A DNA stretch of 64,000 nt from assembly GCA_964658305.1 (NCBI GenBank), contig OZ210885.1, forward strand, positions 22,630,001-22,694,000, written 5' to 3'. Position 1 is the stretch's first letter. Every line of letters starts with the position of its first letter. The position numbers and the translations under genes were made by a program. This document shows positions 1-13,110 of this stretch, in pieces. The DNA comes from Leptogorgia sarmentosa (lineage: Eukaryota). The notes beneath the pieces were generated by a model, which was not told the origin of the DNA, made no database searches, and saw only the letters and a program-made list of their open reading frames with translations.

Positions 1-1480
1 ATCTGTCGAACTGCCATTCGAAGGGCCAATGACTTGTGGGATAGTTTCCTTCCTTTTGATTCCGCATATACCAGGTCTTGTGCTATTGATACCACTTTCA
101 TTCTCTCGATTGGACTGATTGCTACCGTTTCGGGCGGCCAATCAGAATCTACTCCTTTACATTCATTCAGAAGCTTTCTAATTTCCATGGCGGCAGTGAA
201 CAATATCTGTAGTGAACAGTTTGGCATTGGAGGTGTCGTTCCTTTATCTTCGTGTTCACCATCTTCACCGAGTTTGCTGTGGTCGTTTTCACCGTCATTA
301 TTGTAATCATCCCCTTCATCTTCTTCGGTATCAGAATCACTCTGTATTGTCGTCATGTCATCTGCTACATCACCTGCTGTCAGGCTATCATCGTAGACCA
401 GAGTTCCTTGATTCATAGTTTTCGAGCGATGGAAAACTAGGTATTGATAACGTGTTTGAATTCTCTTCCTAAGCCTAGAAGCTTTGTAGGGTACATCAAC
501 CATTTCAATTTCTTGTACACAGGAGGTAAATCTCTTTAACAAAATGCCAAGTAATAGAACTTCTTTATTCTTGATGATTCTCTTCTCGATTATTTCTAAA
601 CAAAACTTATCAAAAGCTTTGTCATACAAGGTTGGACCAATGATCTTCCTTTCTCTCAAAAGGCATGCCGTATACGTCTGGTAACATCGTTTGTGGTACC
701 TGGCTTCAATAGCAACACAGTCTCTCCCACGGATATGAATGAGAATGCTTTCATCGTTCCTTAACAATGCCGCCTCCTCTAATCTCCTGGCCGTCACGGT
801 TTGAGCCAATGATAACTCGTGTTTAACATGTTTTTTCGTTGCCTGCAAATATGAGTATTTGTTTCTGATGAAAATTTTGTTGGCGGGGATATAAAAAGAT
901 ACAAAAAGTATATGGTTTCGGAAAAACTGAAAATAGGGGTTAGGGCAAGTTCAGGTCAGCCCCTCAAATCCTGTGGCCGTGCCTGATAACCATACTGTAC
1001 TATGTTTTTATTGAGACTAAAATACTTTGGAATAAATTAATATTACAAAAACACATATTAAACAAATCTCAGGCAAAACATTTGATGATCGAGGAGGAAA
1101 AGATTGTCGAGTAGTTCGGGTCACTTTTTCTGCTCTCGGACAGTTGGTCTGAGTATTGTCATCGGCCACTCGCTTGGGATCGGCAGCATTAGTCAACATA
1201 GTTTTGGCTCTATCAAGTTTACTTTTGTCTGTAAAACTTCGATAACAGGCAGGATGAAAGCAATATGTTTTTGCAATATTTTCCGGGTTTAAATCGTCAG
1301 TTTCATGAATAAACTCAAACAACTTTTTAGCGACTTCAGTAAAGGCTTTATACGAGGATGGCAGACTTAACCACTCCTTTCTTATTTCCAAAATTCTATT
1401 CAAGGTTTCACTTGTTAATTCTCTAAGCTATCCGTCTTTACCCTCGAAATGAATGAGACATACTCGATGAGATTCACCAC
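1..1480 (-). pseudogene. AcademX transposase N-terminal exons, degraded
   Basis: ORF 1017-1403 plus an exon starting at ~842 (ATKKHVKHELSLAQTVTA...) is homologous to exons 1-2 at 52096-49818. In-frame TAG near 1428. Confidence 0.85.
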
Positions 1481-2782
1481 TACTAGCACTGCAAGTAGTT
1501 TCCATTTTGGATTTTTTTCCTGAATTTATTAACCCCCGTAGAAATACCTTGCCATCGTTCTAAATGACAACGCGGCCACAATTTGAAGCATAGCAATCTT
1601 GTACCCTGAGCCTGCGATCTTTGTTGGAAGAGTCGAAGGCTCTGAGATAATCCATGAATTTGGGCGAATCTGATTAGCTGTTGAGACCGAACAGTATTTT
1701 GCAATAATTAAGCAACAATGGCTGCCAAATAGGAGTGCGAGAAGAAGTTCGTGGTATCTGTATCTCTGGTCTTGAATTCTCTTCGAAATTTTAACAACTT
1801 CAGAAGTATTCAATAATTAAAACTATGCCAGACATGAAAATTACGAAAATATCAATGGTTATTTATAAGATCAATCGAAATTATATTCAGTTCAAGAATG
1901 AAGAGTGAATGAGTGATTTAGAAATAATTCAAATAGAAGAATTATAGCAATGGAACTGATCATCTACATAAAGACACGGTTCAAGAAATGTGTGTAAAAT
2001 CGTGGTATGCAACTTCTGCTAAAAAACACTAAAACTAACATATTGTATGCATATATATTAACATATGGCTGTTTGTTATGTATAGGCTATAGTTTATGAA
2101 TATAATGTAATAAATAGTTTTGTCATTCAGGAAGTTTGAGTGCAGTAATTAGCTGAATTTATGCATGGTATTGATGCTAACCCTTTCAAATTCATTAGCT
2201 GAATTTATGCATGGTATTGATGGTAACCCTTTCAAATTCAAATTTGCTGCAATGTATTGTAGTATTTTGACATGGCTAATTGCTTTGAATCAGTGGCGTA
2301 GCCAGCTATAAATGTTTGGCCCTGCTCGTCGAGCGCCGAACGCGCGAGATGTTTGGGTTTTAGGGGGGTCCGGGGGAATTTCTCCCCCAGGAAATTTTGA
2401 AACTTAGAAGCTCGGAAATGCGTTTTCCTGCGATTTGAGCAGTGACTTTTGAGCTTCAGATTGACCTTATAAAAGGATAAATATTTGTTATAATTACAAA
2501 AATACAGTGATTTATGATGACTTTTTAGCAACATTTGACTGTTTCGCTCAGTTGTACCTAACTTTCCACTCACCAGCTATACGGTTTTACCCGTACTCCA
2601 GCCCTTGTGACACTGGATGGCGGTTTAAAAAGGTGGTTGGTACAGAGATTTATGTGCGTCATGGTTGTCGCATGAGTCCTACTTTCTATTCGGACAATGG
2701 TTCACATGAGAGGCATTACCCATAGTTTTGGATATTAAAACAAAATGGGCACCCTTTACGTGATGTATCAGCATGTTTCGCG

Positions 2783-4209
2783 GAAAGAGAATACTATTCT
2801 ATGGGGTCACCACTCACAGAAGTGAAGTGGGTATCTCCCCAAATACTACAATAGAGAATTAAAGATTTAGGAAGAGAATACTATAATAATAATATAAAAA
2901 AAATAAATAAATAATAACTATTCTATGGGGTCACCACTCACAGAAGTGAAGTGGGTATCTCCCCAAATACTACAATAGAGAATTTTAACTATGGAAAGAG
3001 AGTACTATTCTATGGGGTCACCACTCACAGAAGTGAAGTGGGTATCTCCCCAAATAGTACAATAGAGAATTAAAGATTCAGAAAGAGAATACTATAATAA
3101 TAAAATAATAATAATAAAAAAAATAAATAACTATTCTATGGGGTCACCACTCACAGAAGTGAAGTGGGTATCTCCCCAAATACTACAGGGTGTCTCAAAA
3201 AAAAGGTAATCGAACTTTGGCATGCCATTGTGCGTTAATTACTGGGTGTACGAACGTCATTTTATCATGGTCATAAAGATCAAGGTCTTAGCAGTTGAAT
3301 GACATATTTCTTGTACGATATGGAAGAAAATCAGGCAAATGCGAGCGTGTTGAAAAATCTCGGTGAAAAACGCATTCTTTCACCTCTGTGCCTAATTAAA
3401 GCAGTGCATAACAAAAGAAAAATGCAATTCATCACGAATGTGTCATGGTAACAAAGATTTTATCAGGATTATTAATAATTATGCATAATCAGGTCGATTG
3501 TTGAAGGGAAGATCGTCATCTTCGAGTCCCAGAGGGAGTTAATTTTGAATAAGTTTAGCTGCAATTCTCAGAGGTGAAAGAATGCGTTTTCACCGAGATT
3601 TTTCAACACGCTCGCATTTTCCTGATTTTCTTCCATATCGTACAAGAAATATGTCATTCAACTGCTAAGGCCTTGATCTTTATGACCATGCAAAAATCAC
3701 GTTCGTACACCCAGTAATTAACGCACAATGGCATGCCAAAGTTGGATTACCTTTTTTTTGAGACACCCTGTACAATAGAGAATTTTAACTATGGAAAGAG
3801 AATACTATTCTATGGGGTCACCACTTACAGAAGTGAAGTGGGTATCTCCCCAAATACTACAATAGAGAATTTTAACTATGGAAAGAGAATACTATTCTAT
3901 GGGGTCACCACTTACAGAAGTGAAGTGGGTATCTCCCCAAATAGTACAATAGAGAATTAAAGATTTAGAAAGAGAATACTATAATAAAATAATAATGATA
4001 AAAAAAACAAACTATTCTATGGGGTCACCACTCACAGAAGTGAAGTGGGTATCTCCCCAAATACTACAATAGAGAATTAAAGATTCAGAAAGAGGATACT
4101 ATAATAATAAAATATAATAATAAAAAAAATAAATAATAACTATTCTGTGGGGTCACCACTCACTGTCCAAAGTGAAGTGGATATCTCCCCAAATAGTACT
4201 ATAGAGAAT
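2783..4209. repeat. Minisatellite, 8 copies of a ~67-bp core with two alternative linkers
   Basis: Core ctattctatggggtcaccactcacagaagtgaagtgggtatctccccaaata.tacaatagagaat starts at 2794, 2918, 3005, 3131, 3805, 3892, 4012, 4140. Periods are 87 bp or ~120-128 bp. Confidence 0.95.
3186..3770. mobile_element. Tc1/mariner-type MITE inserted in the minisatellite
   Basis: ~200-bp TIRs starting CAGGGTGTCTCAAAAAAAA (3186-3388 / 3569-3770). TA TSD. Confidence 0.92.
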
Positions 4210-4349
4210 ATATATTTGAAATTTAATAAGAGTATGTTATACAGATACCACCTGAACTGGACGTCTGGAAGTGGGTATCAATCTCCCTGAAAAGCAATAA
4301 GAAATATATTAGTAGAGGAAATTAAATAGATAGCACAAATGTGTTAAAT

Positions 4350-6482
4350 TTATTTGTAGAGGAAGGCAAGTCTTCTGGGTTTTTCAACAAACTTTTGCAC
4401 AACCTCCTCATGCAGCACATTGGCATCTTTTTTGAGTTTTAAAATATCTTTGTGAATTGAAATCCTACAAAGAGAACTCAGTCGACCCTGAGCCATTGTA
4501 TTTCTCAAATAGCTCTTAACCCTTTTCAAACAAGAGAATGACCTCTCAACTGAAGCACTTGCAACTGCTAACACACCATTCATTTTCAGCAACTTGACTG
4601 CTTCTGGTAGACTAGATTGAAGATTAAATTCAAAAATATATTTTAGTAGTTGAAGGCTAGTTTCTTTATGGAAGTCAGTATCCCTGTAAATAAAAGAAAG
4701 TTGGCTCTCAAGCATAGGCACATCAAATAGGGGACCATACATTTCCTTGAGCAGACTGATTTTGTCAGCTGGTACCACTCCACCCTAAGTTTTAAATACC
4801 CTTGGGCTTACAAGATCTAAAAACTCAAAACGGTTCATATCTTGAAAACGTTCACTTAACATGCCTACAAAGGAATCCAGAACCTCAAAGTAAAGCTGTT
4901 TGTAATTATGCTTTTTTCTTGGTAAACTTCAGCAAAATCTTCATCCGTGCAGAGAGAAGAAACGAAGGTCTTGAAACGCTCAATTCTGCTCACACCATAG
5001 TTGAAGTCTGTTTGCGTGTCTTGGAGAATGCAGTACAAAATAGACGATTGCTCTAAAATCTTATAAAAAACAGATACCAAAAAGCAAAACAAGAAACTAT
5101 TAAGGTAGTGCAACAAACCACTTAACTTATCCAGTGATTCATCATCCCAGCCTGCAGGTTCATCAATCACTCCTTCAAAAATCTCTAAAAGATCCTCATA
5201 ATTTTTGTGCAACACTTTAACAACCCTAGATTGATAATACCACCTAGTATCACCAGGGTTAGGGAACTCGATTTTATCAGAAGTGAGAAATGCCTTTCTC
5301 CTGGGGGCATTGCTTGTGAGTGTACAAAAGGCACCAACATTGATAAAGAAAATTTTGACAGGGGAAATGGATGAGGCAGACTGACACAAAACAAGGTTTA
5401 ATCTGTGTGCTGCACAATGGACAAAATAGGCAAAAGGATACTCTTGGCGAACTTGAACCTGCACACCACTGATATGGCCCGACATAACAGCAGCGCCATC
5501 GTTAGTTTGAAGGATTAGCTTGTCCTTGATTCTGGAATGCTGATTGAGTTTATCTTTAATTACCCGGGATACAGCAGCAGCATCTCTATTTGAGCTGACA
5601 TCAACAAATCCCAGTTGCCTTTCAACAATCTGATAACCCTTATCTAAACGGACAATCATACTTACCTGTTCTTTGGTGGAGATGTCCGATGTCTCATCAA
5701 CCTGCACACTCATAAAAGTGCACTCCTCAATCTCTTTCAAAATTTCATCCTCAATAATTGAATCAAGGCAACTGATTAAATCATTTTGGATTTCGGGAGA
5801 AACCCCAGTGAACCGTCTATCACCATGGGCCCCACCCCTTTCAGATTCAGCTAATCGGTCATGCAAGCGCCGTTCAAATACTGAATCAAATTTAGCAAAG
5901 GACTCAAGTAACTCCCTATAGTTACCTTTACTCAAGCTGTCTTCTGATTCGTCGTGCCCTCTGAACGCCAACTCTTGTTTGGATAGGTACAATACAGCTT
6001 CTGTGATGGTTTTCAGAATTTCCCTGTTTTGCCTTACCTCTTCGTTGTGGCGTTGAATTTCGTCTCGTCTTGCTTGCGAAATGAGGGAATCCACTCGCAC
6101 ACCCGCTCCATATGTCTTCCAGGTCTTAAAAGCACCCATGTGTGACTTCGCCTTTTCATGCTTTTTGCAATCCGAGAGGAAGCCATGCATGTCGCCATAT
6201 CCAGACTTCGTCCACGTTGGGGACTTTCCAGGGCAAAACAAAAGACAAGGCCAGCAAAACAGTTTCTTCAAACTGGAGCTGCCACAAAGCCAATCCTTTT
6301 TCGCATACCAAGTCTCCTGAAATATTCTCCCCCTAGATGTTATTGCTAACTTCGGAGTCGGTCGCTGCTTAACAATGGTATTTTGTTCGGCAATCGCTCG
6401 AACGGAAAAAGATTTCTTCAGCAAATCGCTAATAATTATCGGCTTCAGTTGCAACTGAATTCGTCACACATGCTGAAGCCAT
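4350..6482 (-). pseudogene. hAT transposase (ZMYM1/DUF4371-like, TTF-type zinc finger, hAT dimerisation domain), frameshifted
   Basis: Motifs AFRGHDE, VQVDETSD, NDGAAVMSG, HCAAHRLNL, TRW, SVERSFSCLKRVKSYLRNTM. Split into ORFs 4865-6454 and 4350-4778. Likely ATG at 6482 is out of frame. Confidence 0.92.
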
Positions 6483-7564
6483 TATTAACTCTCAAACACA
6501 ATACCAGATGGACAATTACTCACCTTTAATACGCTTTATACTCGCCTGACAGAATCGTGTCTAATCACACAGAAAGCTCGCAAAGGAAAGGCAATACAAG
6601 GCCAACTCCTGCTATTTCAAATGAGCAGGACTTGGCATTTGTAAATAGCCTGTTTGAGCATGCGCAGAACTAATTGTCCAATCAGAAACCACAAATTCTT
6701 GTATGAAATTACTATAGAAGGTCCTGCCATTTGAAAATGGCAGGACTAAAACATGGGCTGCATGTGAATCAATAAAATGCCCGGAAATGAGCTCTTGCGG
6801 GTATACAGTTGCTTGGTAACAGACACTGCCAGCTGTAAATTGCGCGTCAAATGAGATGAAACATGAGAAATTTTTCAGAAATAATAACGAAAACGTCCAG
6901 AAAATTGGACAAAATACCGATATTAAAATGTCAAATTTTTATGATTAAAAACACAAGTTTCAAGGAAATTTTTAGTCCTGCTGGGCAGGACCAGCAGGAC
7001 CGCTAGCTACGCCACTGCTTTGAATTAATGTTGGGCAAGAACACAATTTAGAACTAAAATTTAAATTAGAACTTAGAACTCAAATACAAATTAGAACTAA
7101 AATTTAAGCAAATGTCAAAATATGTTGTAAATTTATTTGAACATGAATTACATGAAGGGCGATTTGTTGTAAATATGTTTGTAGCACCTTGTACATATGA
7201 GTCTCGAGGTATTATTAATTTCATGTTCCAGTGTGTAGAAGACTTTGAGTTGTATTTTAATGTGTGCATATCAATTTGACGAGGGATTAACCATGTCAAA
7301 ATACTAATACATTATAACTAATTGGAAAATTAAACGAGACTTACCTGGAAGTTGAAGTTTGATTGAAATCCTACCACATTATTTAAGTACAGGAGGGTTA
7401 ACATGAGATGCGCACACACCACCACGAGATCAGTCTTAAAAGAACCATTTTGGGTTGACCAACCCTTATACAAACGGTGTACAAAATTGAAAAAGAAATA
7501 ATACAATTTGACATGGTAAAGCCCCCAATACACCTGCCACAAGGGGCGGGAGGGAGCTTATGGG

Positions 7565-7688
7565 CATGTTAACCCTCCTGTACTTAAATAATGCGGTAGA
7601 ATTTCAATCAAACTTCAACTTCCAGGTAAGTCTCGTTTAATTTTCCAATTCTACCACATCATTACGTACTTCCGGGTTAACATGAGAT
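7565..7688. repeat. DIRS internal complementary region (ICR)
   Basis: 7565-7650 is the reverse complement of the left terminus 7320-7405. 7647-7688 is the reverse complement of the right terminus ~12562-12603. The two parts are joined through AATT. Confidence 0.92.
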
Positions 7689-7807
7689 TTTAAAGCAGGA
7701 AACACAAAATGGTACAAATAAACAACCAGCGGTGCGATAAAGAATGTTTATAAATGGACAACAATCACAAATTACAGCCCCAGTCACACCATGAATGTAA
7801 ATATGAA

Positions 7808-8981
7808 CTAATCTAATACCGCGACACTCATTTGATCTGTGATAGCCACAGGCTTTTTATAGAATCGCCGAAAAGTACACTCCTCTGCCCAACCTGCAGT
7901 TTTCAAAATAACATCCGCTGGAACCGCTGTAGCGGCCTTGCTGGTTGCCGCACACCGAGTACTGTGAGCAGAAAACAATTGTGTATCGATACCGGCTCTC
8001 TGTAACACGCCCTTAAGCCACCGCCCGATGGTACTAGACGTGACGGCACCATACAGCTTTATATACGACACAAACAGTCTTGTAGATGTTCTTAGAGGCG
8101 CAGTAAATGTCAAGTAATAGTCAAGGGTTTCATACACACACAGCTCAGGTACTGTATACTTATAAAGACGGAGATTACCAAACACTTTACCGGGACGATT
8201 TTGTTTCACGTGATCCGTTAATGTGAAGTCATAACAACTGTCTGTTTTTGGCCATACGATCCGAGGAAATATCTAACAGCGTGAGCGTTTGACATCGTTG
8301 GCCGGTCGTAAGGGCAATTAGCATAGCTAACTTCCACGTAAGTTCCTTCCTGACGAGTCGTGCCAACGGCCATAACTCCCGCAAATAATCAAGAACCTTT
8401 TCCACTGGCCAAATCGTAGTATATCACGGTACAGGCTTCCGGTGGTTGAACACTCCACGAAGATACCGACACACTAAAGGATGTTGTCCCACTGGCGGCC
8501 CATTAATAGTCAACATCGAGTGAATGTCAAGATTAGAAATGGCTGAGCGTGCTGTATTGAGAGCTGAGTAACTCAACCCCTGCTCAAATAATCTTTGAAG
8601 AAACTCCAAAACACAAGTCAGAGTGGGACGCAAGGGATCAACCTTCCGTTCACCGCAAAAGTTCGCCCATTTGTTAATGTATGTGCTGTACTGCTTATGC
8701 GTTGATGGTCTCCAAGAGAGCATGATGACATCAGCAACGTTTGTTGGAATGCCAGACTCCTGGAGGAGTCCCCTGACACTTTGCAAACCAGCAGACTCAA
8801 CTGGTTGTGTAGTGGATGAGCCTTCACCAATGCTGGATGAACCAAATTGTCCGGGTTGGCTTTCAGAACACGAGGAACGTCCGTTAAGAGATGAAGGACC
8901 GAGGAAAACATTGGCTGAGTTGGCCACAAAGGAATCACTAAGAGGCCCGAGGCTTTCTCCTGGGTTATCTTGTGAACACAC
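7808..8981 (-). pseudogene. DIRS tyrosine recombinase (frameshifted)
   Basis: SWRPSTHKQYSTY...SYSALNTARSAIS, TTGQRCQTL, FSAHSTRCAATS, GW, FRRFY. Split into ORFs 8424-8981 and 7808-8209. Confidence 0.9.
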
Positions 8982-10685
8982 CTAGATGGAAGGCAAAACG
9001 GAGGAAATGCATAAAAGAAAAACACTGACCAATCGACCGTAAACGCATCGACATATCTCGCCAGAGGATCTGGTTTCCATGACGCGTAATTCTCAATTTG
9101 AGCATTAAGACGACTAGCGAACAGATCGATATCTGGCTGACCAAATAGGCCGACAACCTTATTAAAAGCGCTACGCGATAACATCCATTCCAGATCTAAG
9201 TTCAAATCATGCGACAAGGCATCCGCACTGATGTTACTTACACCAGGAATATGAGCTGCTGAGAGCCAAATATTGCGCGCGATTGCGCACTCCCAAATAT
9301 CGTGTGCAAGAACATTGCATTCCAGGGACTTACAACCACCCATGGCCGTAATGTATGTGACAGCTGTTGTGTTGTCACACATAATTCGAACGTGGCAGTT
9401 ACGGGTTAGTAGTAACAAAGAAGACAAGGCAAGCTTTAACAGCTAACAATTCTAACACATTAAATGTGCTGGGTGGCCTCTGATGCGGACCAAATACCGG
9501 AGGTCTGCTCACCTCGAGACTTTGTAGCCCCCCAGCCGACCCCTGAAGCATCGGTGTAAAGAACAACATCAGGATGAGTATGGTGGATGTCTTTTTTAGC
9601 TGACTGAATGTTCTCTAACCACCACTGACAGGTGACAAAATCAATTTAGTATCAAAATTCCCAGCATTATGTTTAAGGGCACGGACCTTATCAGACTCTA
9701 AGTTGCGATAATACAAGGGACCAAACTCCACCCCAGGAAAGGATGACACAAGTTTGCCTATAAAAGACGCCACCTCGCGAATGGTAAACTGCTTGTCAGG
9801 GTGTGAAAAGGTCTGGCACTGAGTAAGGAGTTTATCCCTCTTTCTGGGCGTAAGGCGTACTGTCATGCTAGCCGAATCAATAACAAACCCTAGATATTCT
9901 ATTGTTTGGGAAGGCAACATACGAGACTTTTCCTGGTTAACATGTAGCCCTAATTTCGATAAGAGCTTGACCGCATGCAAGGTAGCTTCCGCACATTCGA
10001 CATCAGACTGGCCTATATAGAGAGAGTCATCAATATAAGACAGACAAATATGGCCAAACTTACTGCACAGAGTAGCAAAAATGGGCTTCATAAGTTTAGT
10101 GAAAATTCTAGGGCTACCAGTGAGCCCCATAGGTAAACAGGTAAAACAATACAGCTGATCTTTCCACATAAATTTAAGATACTTCTGATGCTCAGTCGCT
10201 ATGGGAATGGAATAATAAGCATCTTTTAAGTCAATAGAAGACATGAAACAAAATGGGCTCACCAGCTTGATCGCAGTTTCAAGAGTGTCCAATTTGAAAT
10301 GATAATACGACACAGAGTGATTTAGCTTTTTAGGGTTAAATATAACTCTATACGAACCATCCTTTTTTGGAGTGACGAATATAGGTGACAAAATGTCCCC
10401 GGGCTCTGGAGTGAACTGCGTGATTACGCCCTTATTAAGGAATTTTCCTATCTCCTGGTCAATAATCTGGCATTCAGCAGAAGAAAAGGTACTAGCCGGC
10501 CGGGTGCTACTAATAAACAGCTCAGGCACATGATCAAATTCAATATGACAGTTAGATACAGCATCCAAAACAAATGGATCGGTAGTAATTTCTGTCCATG
10601 CATGGACATGTTTTCGAATGCTTCCTGCTATAAAGGCAGGTTGATTAGAGACAATCTCCACACATGATTGGTATAACTGACTCAC
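8618..10685 (-). pseudogene. DIRS pol: reverse transcriptase, RNase H and methyltransferase-like domain (frameshifted)
   Basis: IDLKDAYYSIP, LPMGLTGSPRIF, YIDD. RNase H LYTDAS and CDNTTAV...HIPGVSN. MTase-like DLFASRLN...YAFPPF. Confidence 0.92.
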
Positions 10686-10705
10686 CTGATCAGAACTGCT
10701 TGAAC

Positions 10706-12164
10706 TTAAACCTTTGGCTTCTGGGATCTGCTGAAAGACGGCGGTCGGGGTTGCCCCCGACCTCCGCCTAAAAAAGGACGTTGTGGCCTCGAACCGCGCA
10801 CACTCCGTTCTTGCGACCCAAACCGACTTTGCACCCTGGACACACGTGGCCTATAAGGCTCAAACCGTTTTGAATGGACCTTACCACTCAATCTGTTAGA
10901 CTTTGTTAGGTCTTCGACTTCTTTATTAAGATCATCACCAAACAAGCAAGTGGAAATAGCAGTGGAGGGGTTGCAGAGGGCAACATACTGCTTATTTAGG
11001 TCAGGGCGAAGGAGCTCTCGACGCTTGAGATTTATTTCTCGGTTAGCAGATAGTAAGAGCACGATTGCATGGATGACGGCATCCATAGGTTTGCCTTGCA
11101 ACTCATTACACATATGCAAAATAGCATAAATACCAGAAATCAACAGCCCATGGGACTTTTGCAAAGCTGAGTCAGAGTTTTTCGTCTCTTGCCGGAGTTG
11201 TTGCCAAACTTGCTTATTAACTCGAGGCAGTATAAGGAAGGGACAGTTCTCAGGTCTAAGGTACTTTTCTTGAAGCTGTGCCAACTTGTCTTTTGGCAAC
11301 TTATCGTTGATCAGTCCATTAACCAGCTCAGCCAAATCGCTATTTAAGGCACTTGATGTTTGTTCCACTGGGGTAAACTCTTTGACCAACGATTTTAACC
11401 CCGTTGGGCCTTCGGCTGATCCACAAGAGCTCAAGGCATCGACTTTATCTGCCAGCGAAGCCCGAGATTCAATATCACTCCCGGCGTCAGATGTCTGAGG
11501 CAACATAGTGTTGTGGCTGTCTAACAACATATACATATGTTAATTTATGTATGTAAATGAGAACACTGCGCACGTGACTTTGAACGATTATAAAAACCTC
11601 AAATCTTAAGAAGTACTGAAGTAAGCAAGTATAAGCCACTGCAGTAAGTCAAGACTGTCTAAGCAAGAAGAGTTAGAAGACCAAGAAACGTGTATATATA
11701 TATCTCTACTCACAAATCCCTGCACAATTGGTAAGCTTTATTCACAGTTTATTGTGTAATTTCTGTATATAATGTAGATTTAGTACATAGTGTGACAGTG
11801 TGTTCGCCACTCCCTTATAGGAGTTTTACCGGCGGCAGCAATTCAAATACCGTGTTAAAACCATGTGCATGATTAAATGACGAAAAGTAAAGTCTTACAT
11901 AACTCGTATTCTGTGTACAACCTCTACAATAGCTTCCCCCAGGGTAGTTTCAAGCTGTGAGGTTTGGCACAAGTGAGCATCCTCGTTGGTACCAGATCCA
12001 CCGTCCGCAACCACTTCGAAATCTGTGTAGACGCGGTCAATGGACGTTTTAACGTGAGGCAGAATCTCATTTTTTGCATCAGAGAGCAGACTCGTAAACA
12101 TTGACTTTAATTGACGCATAGACGAGGACAACTCATCAGCAGGCGACGGCTGAGATTCAGCCAT
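10706..12164 (-). pseudogene. DIRS gag-like ORF interrupted by a solo LTR
   Basis: KYLRPENCPFL, RRELLRPDLN, LFGDDL motifs. Removing 11509-11932 restores the frame TTLGEA-MLPQTSD. Confidence 0.88.
11509..11928 (-). mobile_element. Solo LTR (420 bp)
   Basis: TGT...ACA termini. 4-bp TSD ATAG (11505-08, 11929-32). AATAAA signals on the minus strand near 11740-11755. Confidence 0.85.
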
Positions 12165-12799
12165 AGATGAAAATGCTATGTGATCGATATCTTAATAGAC
12201 TTCGTGCTTCAATTCTTAATCTTGCACGCACCCGTAATGGGACACAAGCAGAACAAGAACGGTATAACTTGTTATACCGTGAGCAATGTGTGATAGCAAT
12301 ACAAGGCAGAGACACGTCTCCCGCCCAGACACAACACTCAAAGTGTAATTTATAATAATTTGTGTACTCAGCGACACGTCGCCGAAACGTTTATATAAAA
12401 GTGTAACACAACTATCACGTTACACACAGAGAAATAATGTCGAGTCAAATCTAACCAAGATAAATCTCCGAGTAGAAACTAAGATTTGAACGAACGAAAG
12501 ACAAACGTGACCGATCTCATGGCGTAGGTGAATTGCACTGATCTCGTGGTGGTGCGTGCGCATCTCATGTTAACCCGGAAGTACGTAATGATGTGGTAGA
12601 ATTTGAATTTGAAAGGGTTTAACTTTTAAAATTTCAATTTCCATATTTTATTTTTTATTCTGAATGTAATAATTGCTTAGAACTAAGATGGATGCACAAA
12701 AACATAAGCCAATAAAGGGCTTTTTGAAATAAAACAGCAGATGAAGGGTAATTTGAAATTGAAAGGGTCTACTATTTTTATACACCCTGTACACAATAC

Positions 12800-13110
12800 T
12801 ACACATCCATATGCTGTCGTAGTTTACTGATTTGATCAACCATCTAAGCATTTAGTGGCGAAATGACAATTGAAGCTGTATCTTTCTTACACAAATAAGC
12901 GTCAAAAACGAAAGGAAGAAGCTGGTAGACGAGGCTCTTCCTATACCCAGTCGGTATACACAAAGCGTGCCCCTCCGATCAACGACAACAGCTTTCACTG
13001 CTTCGTATTGACACCGATTGACACTCTTTCAATTTAATATCTGGCTTTCCCAGTCGCTCTAACGCTTCTTCCAAACCACAATGAAGCAAAACAATGCTTT
13101 TCGCCGACAT
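12800..13110 (-). pseudogene. RecQ-family (SF2) helicase N-terminal fragment of AcademH
   Basis: Across frameshifts it reads LKECQYEAVKAVVVDRRGTLCV.PTGYRKSLVYQLLP...IVISPLNA*MVDQI, i.e. Q motif, Walker A (PTGxGKS) and motif Ia. Confidence 0.8.

Larger units (their letters stand above)
2291..7017 (-). mobile_element. hAT DNA transposon
   Basis: 16-bp TIRs CAGTGGCGTAGCYAGC. Perfect 8-bp TSD CTTTGAAT (2283-2290, 7018-7025). hAT transposase inside. Confidence 0.95.
7320..12603 (-). mobile_element. DIRS1-type tyrosine-recombinase retrotransposon, structurally complete
   Basis: Non-identical inverted termini (7371-7434 vs 12537-12600), internal complementary region 7565-7688, gag, RT/RNase H/MTase and YR ORFs. 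AATT at both junctions. Confidence 0.95.
2225..12619. mobile_element. ~0.4-kb foldback MITE split by hAT and DIRS insertions
   Basis: 2225-2280 (aaccctttcaaattcaaatt...gtattttgacatggctaat) is the inverted copy of 7286-7319 joined to 12600-12619 once the DIRS is removed. Confidence 0.7.

Noticed and set aside
34..440. Plus-strand ORFs here, and similar antisense ORFs over the hAT, DIRS, BEL, Academ and Penelope genes
   Set aside because: They are shadow frames of real coding sequence on the opposite strand.
3733..3960. ORF with a repeated peptide
   Set aside because: It is a by-product of the 87-bp repeat and the MITE end.
2783..4209. CRISPR-like array
   Set aside because: The repeat is ~67 bp, the linkers are two recurring types rather than unique spacers, there are no cas genes, and the context is a eukaryotic hAT.
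7808..9427. Phage integrase or bacterial methyltransferase (contamination or HGT)
   Set aside because: These are standard DIRS components within ITR/ICR structure.
11521..11898. Spliceosomal intron in DIRS gag (GTAAGA...TTAG)
   Set aside because: Donor and acceptor phases do not match. A solo LTR with a TSD explains the insert and restores the frame.
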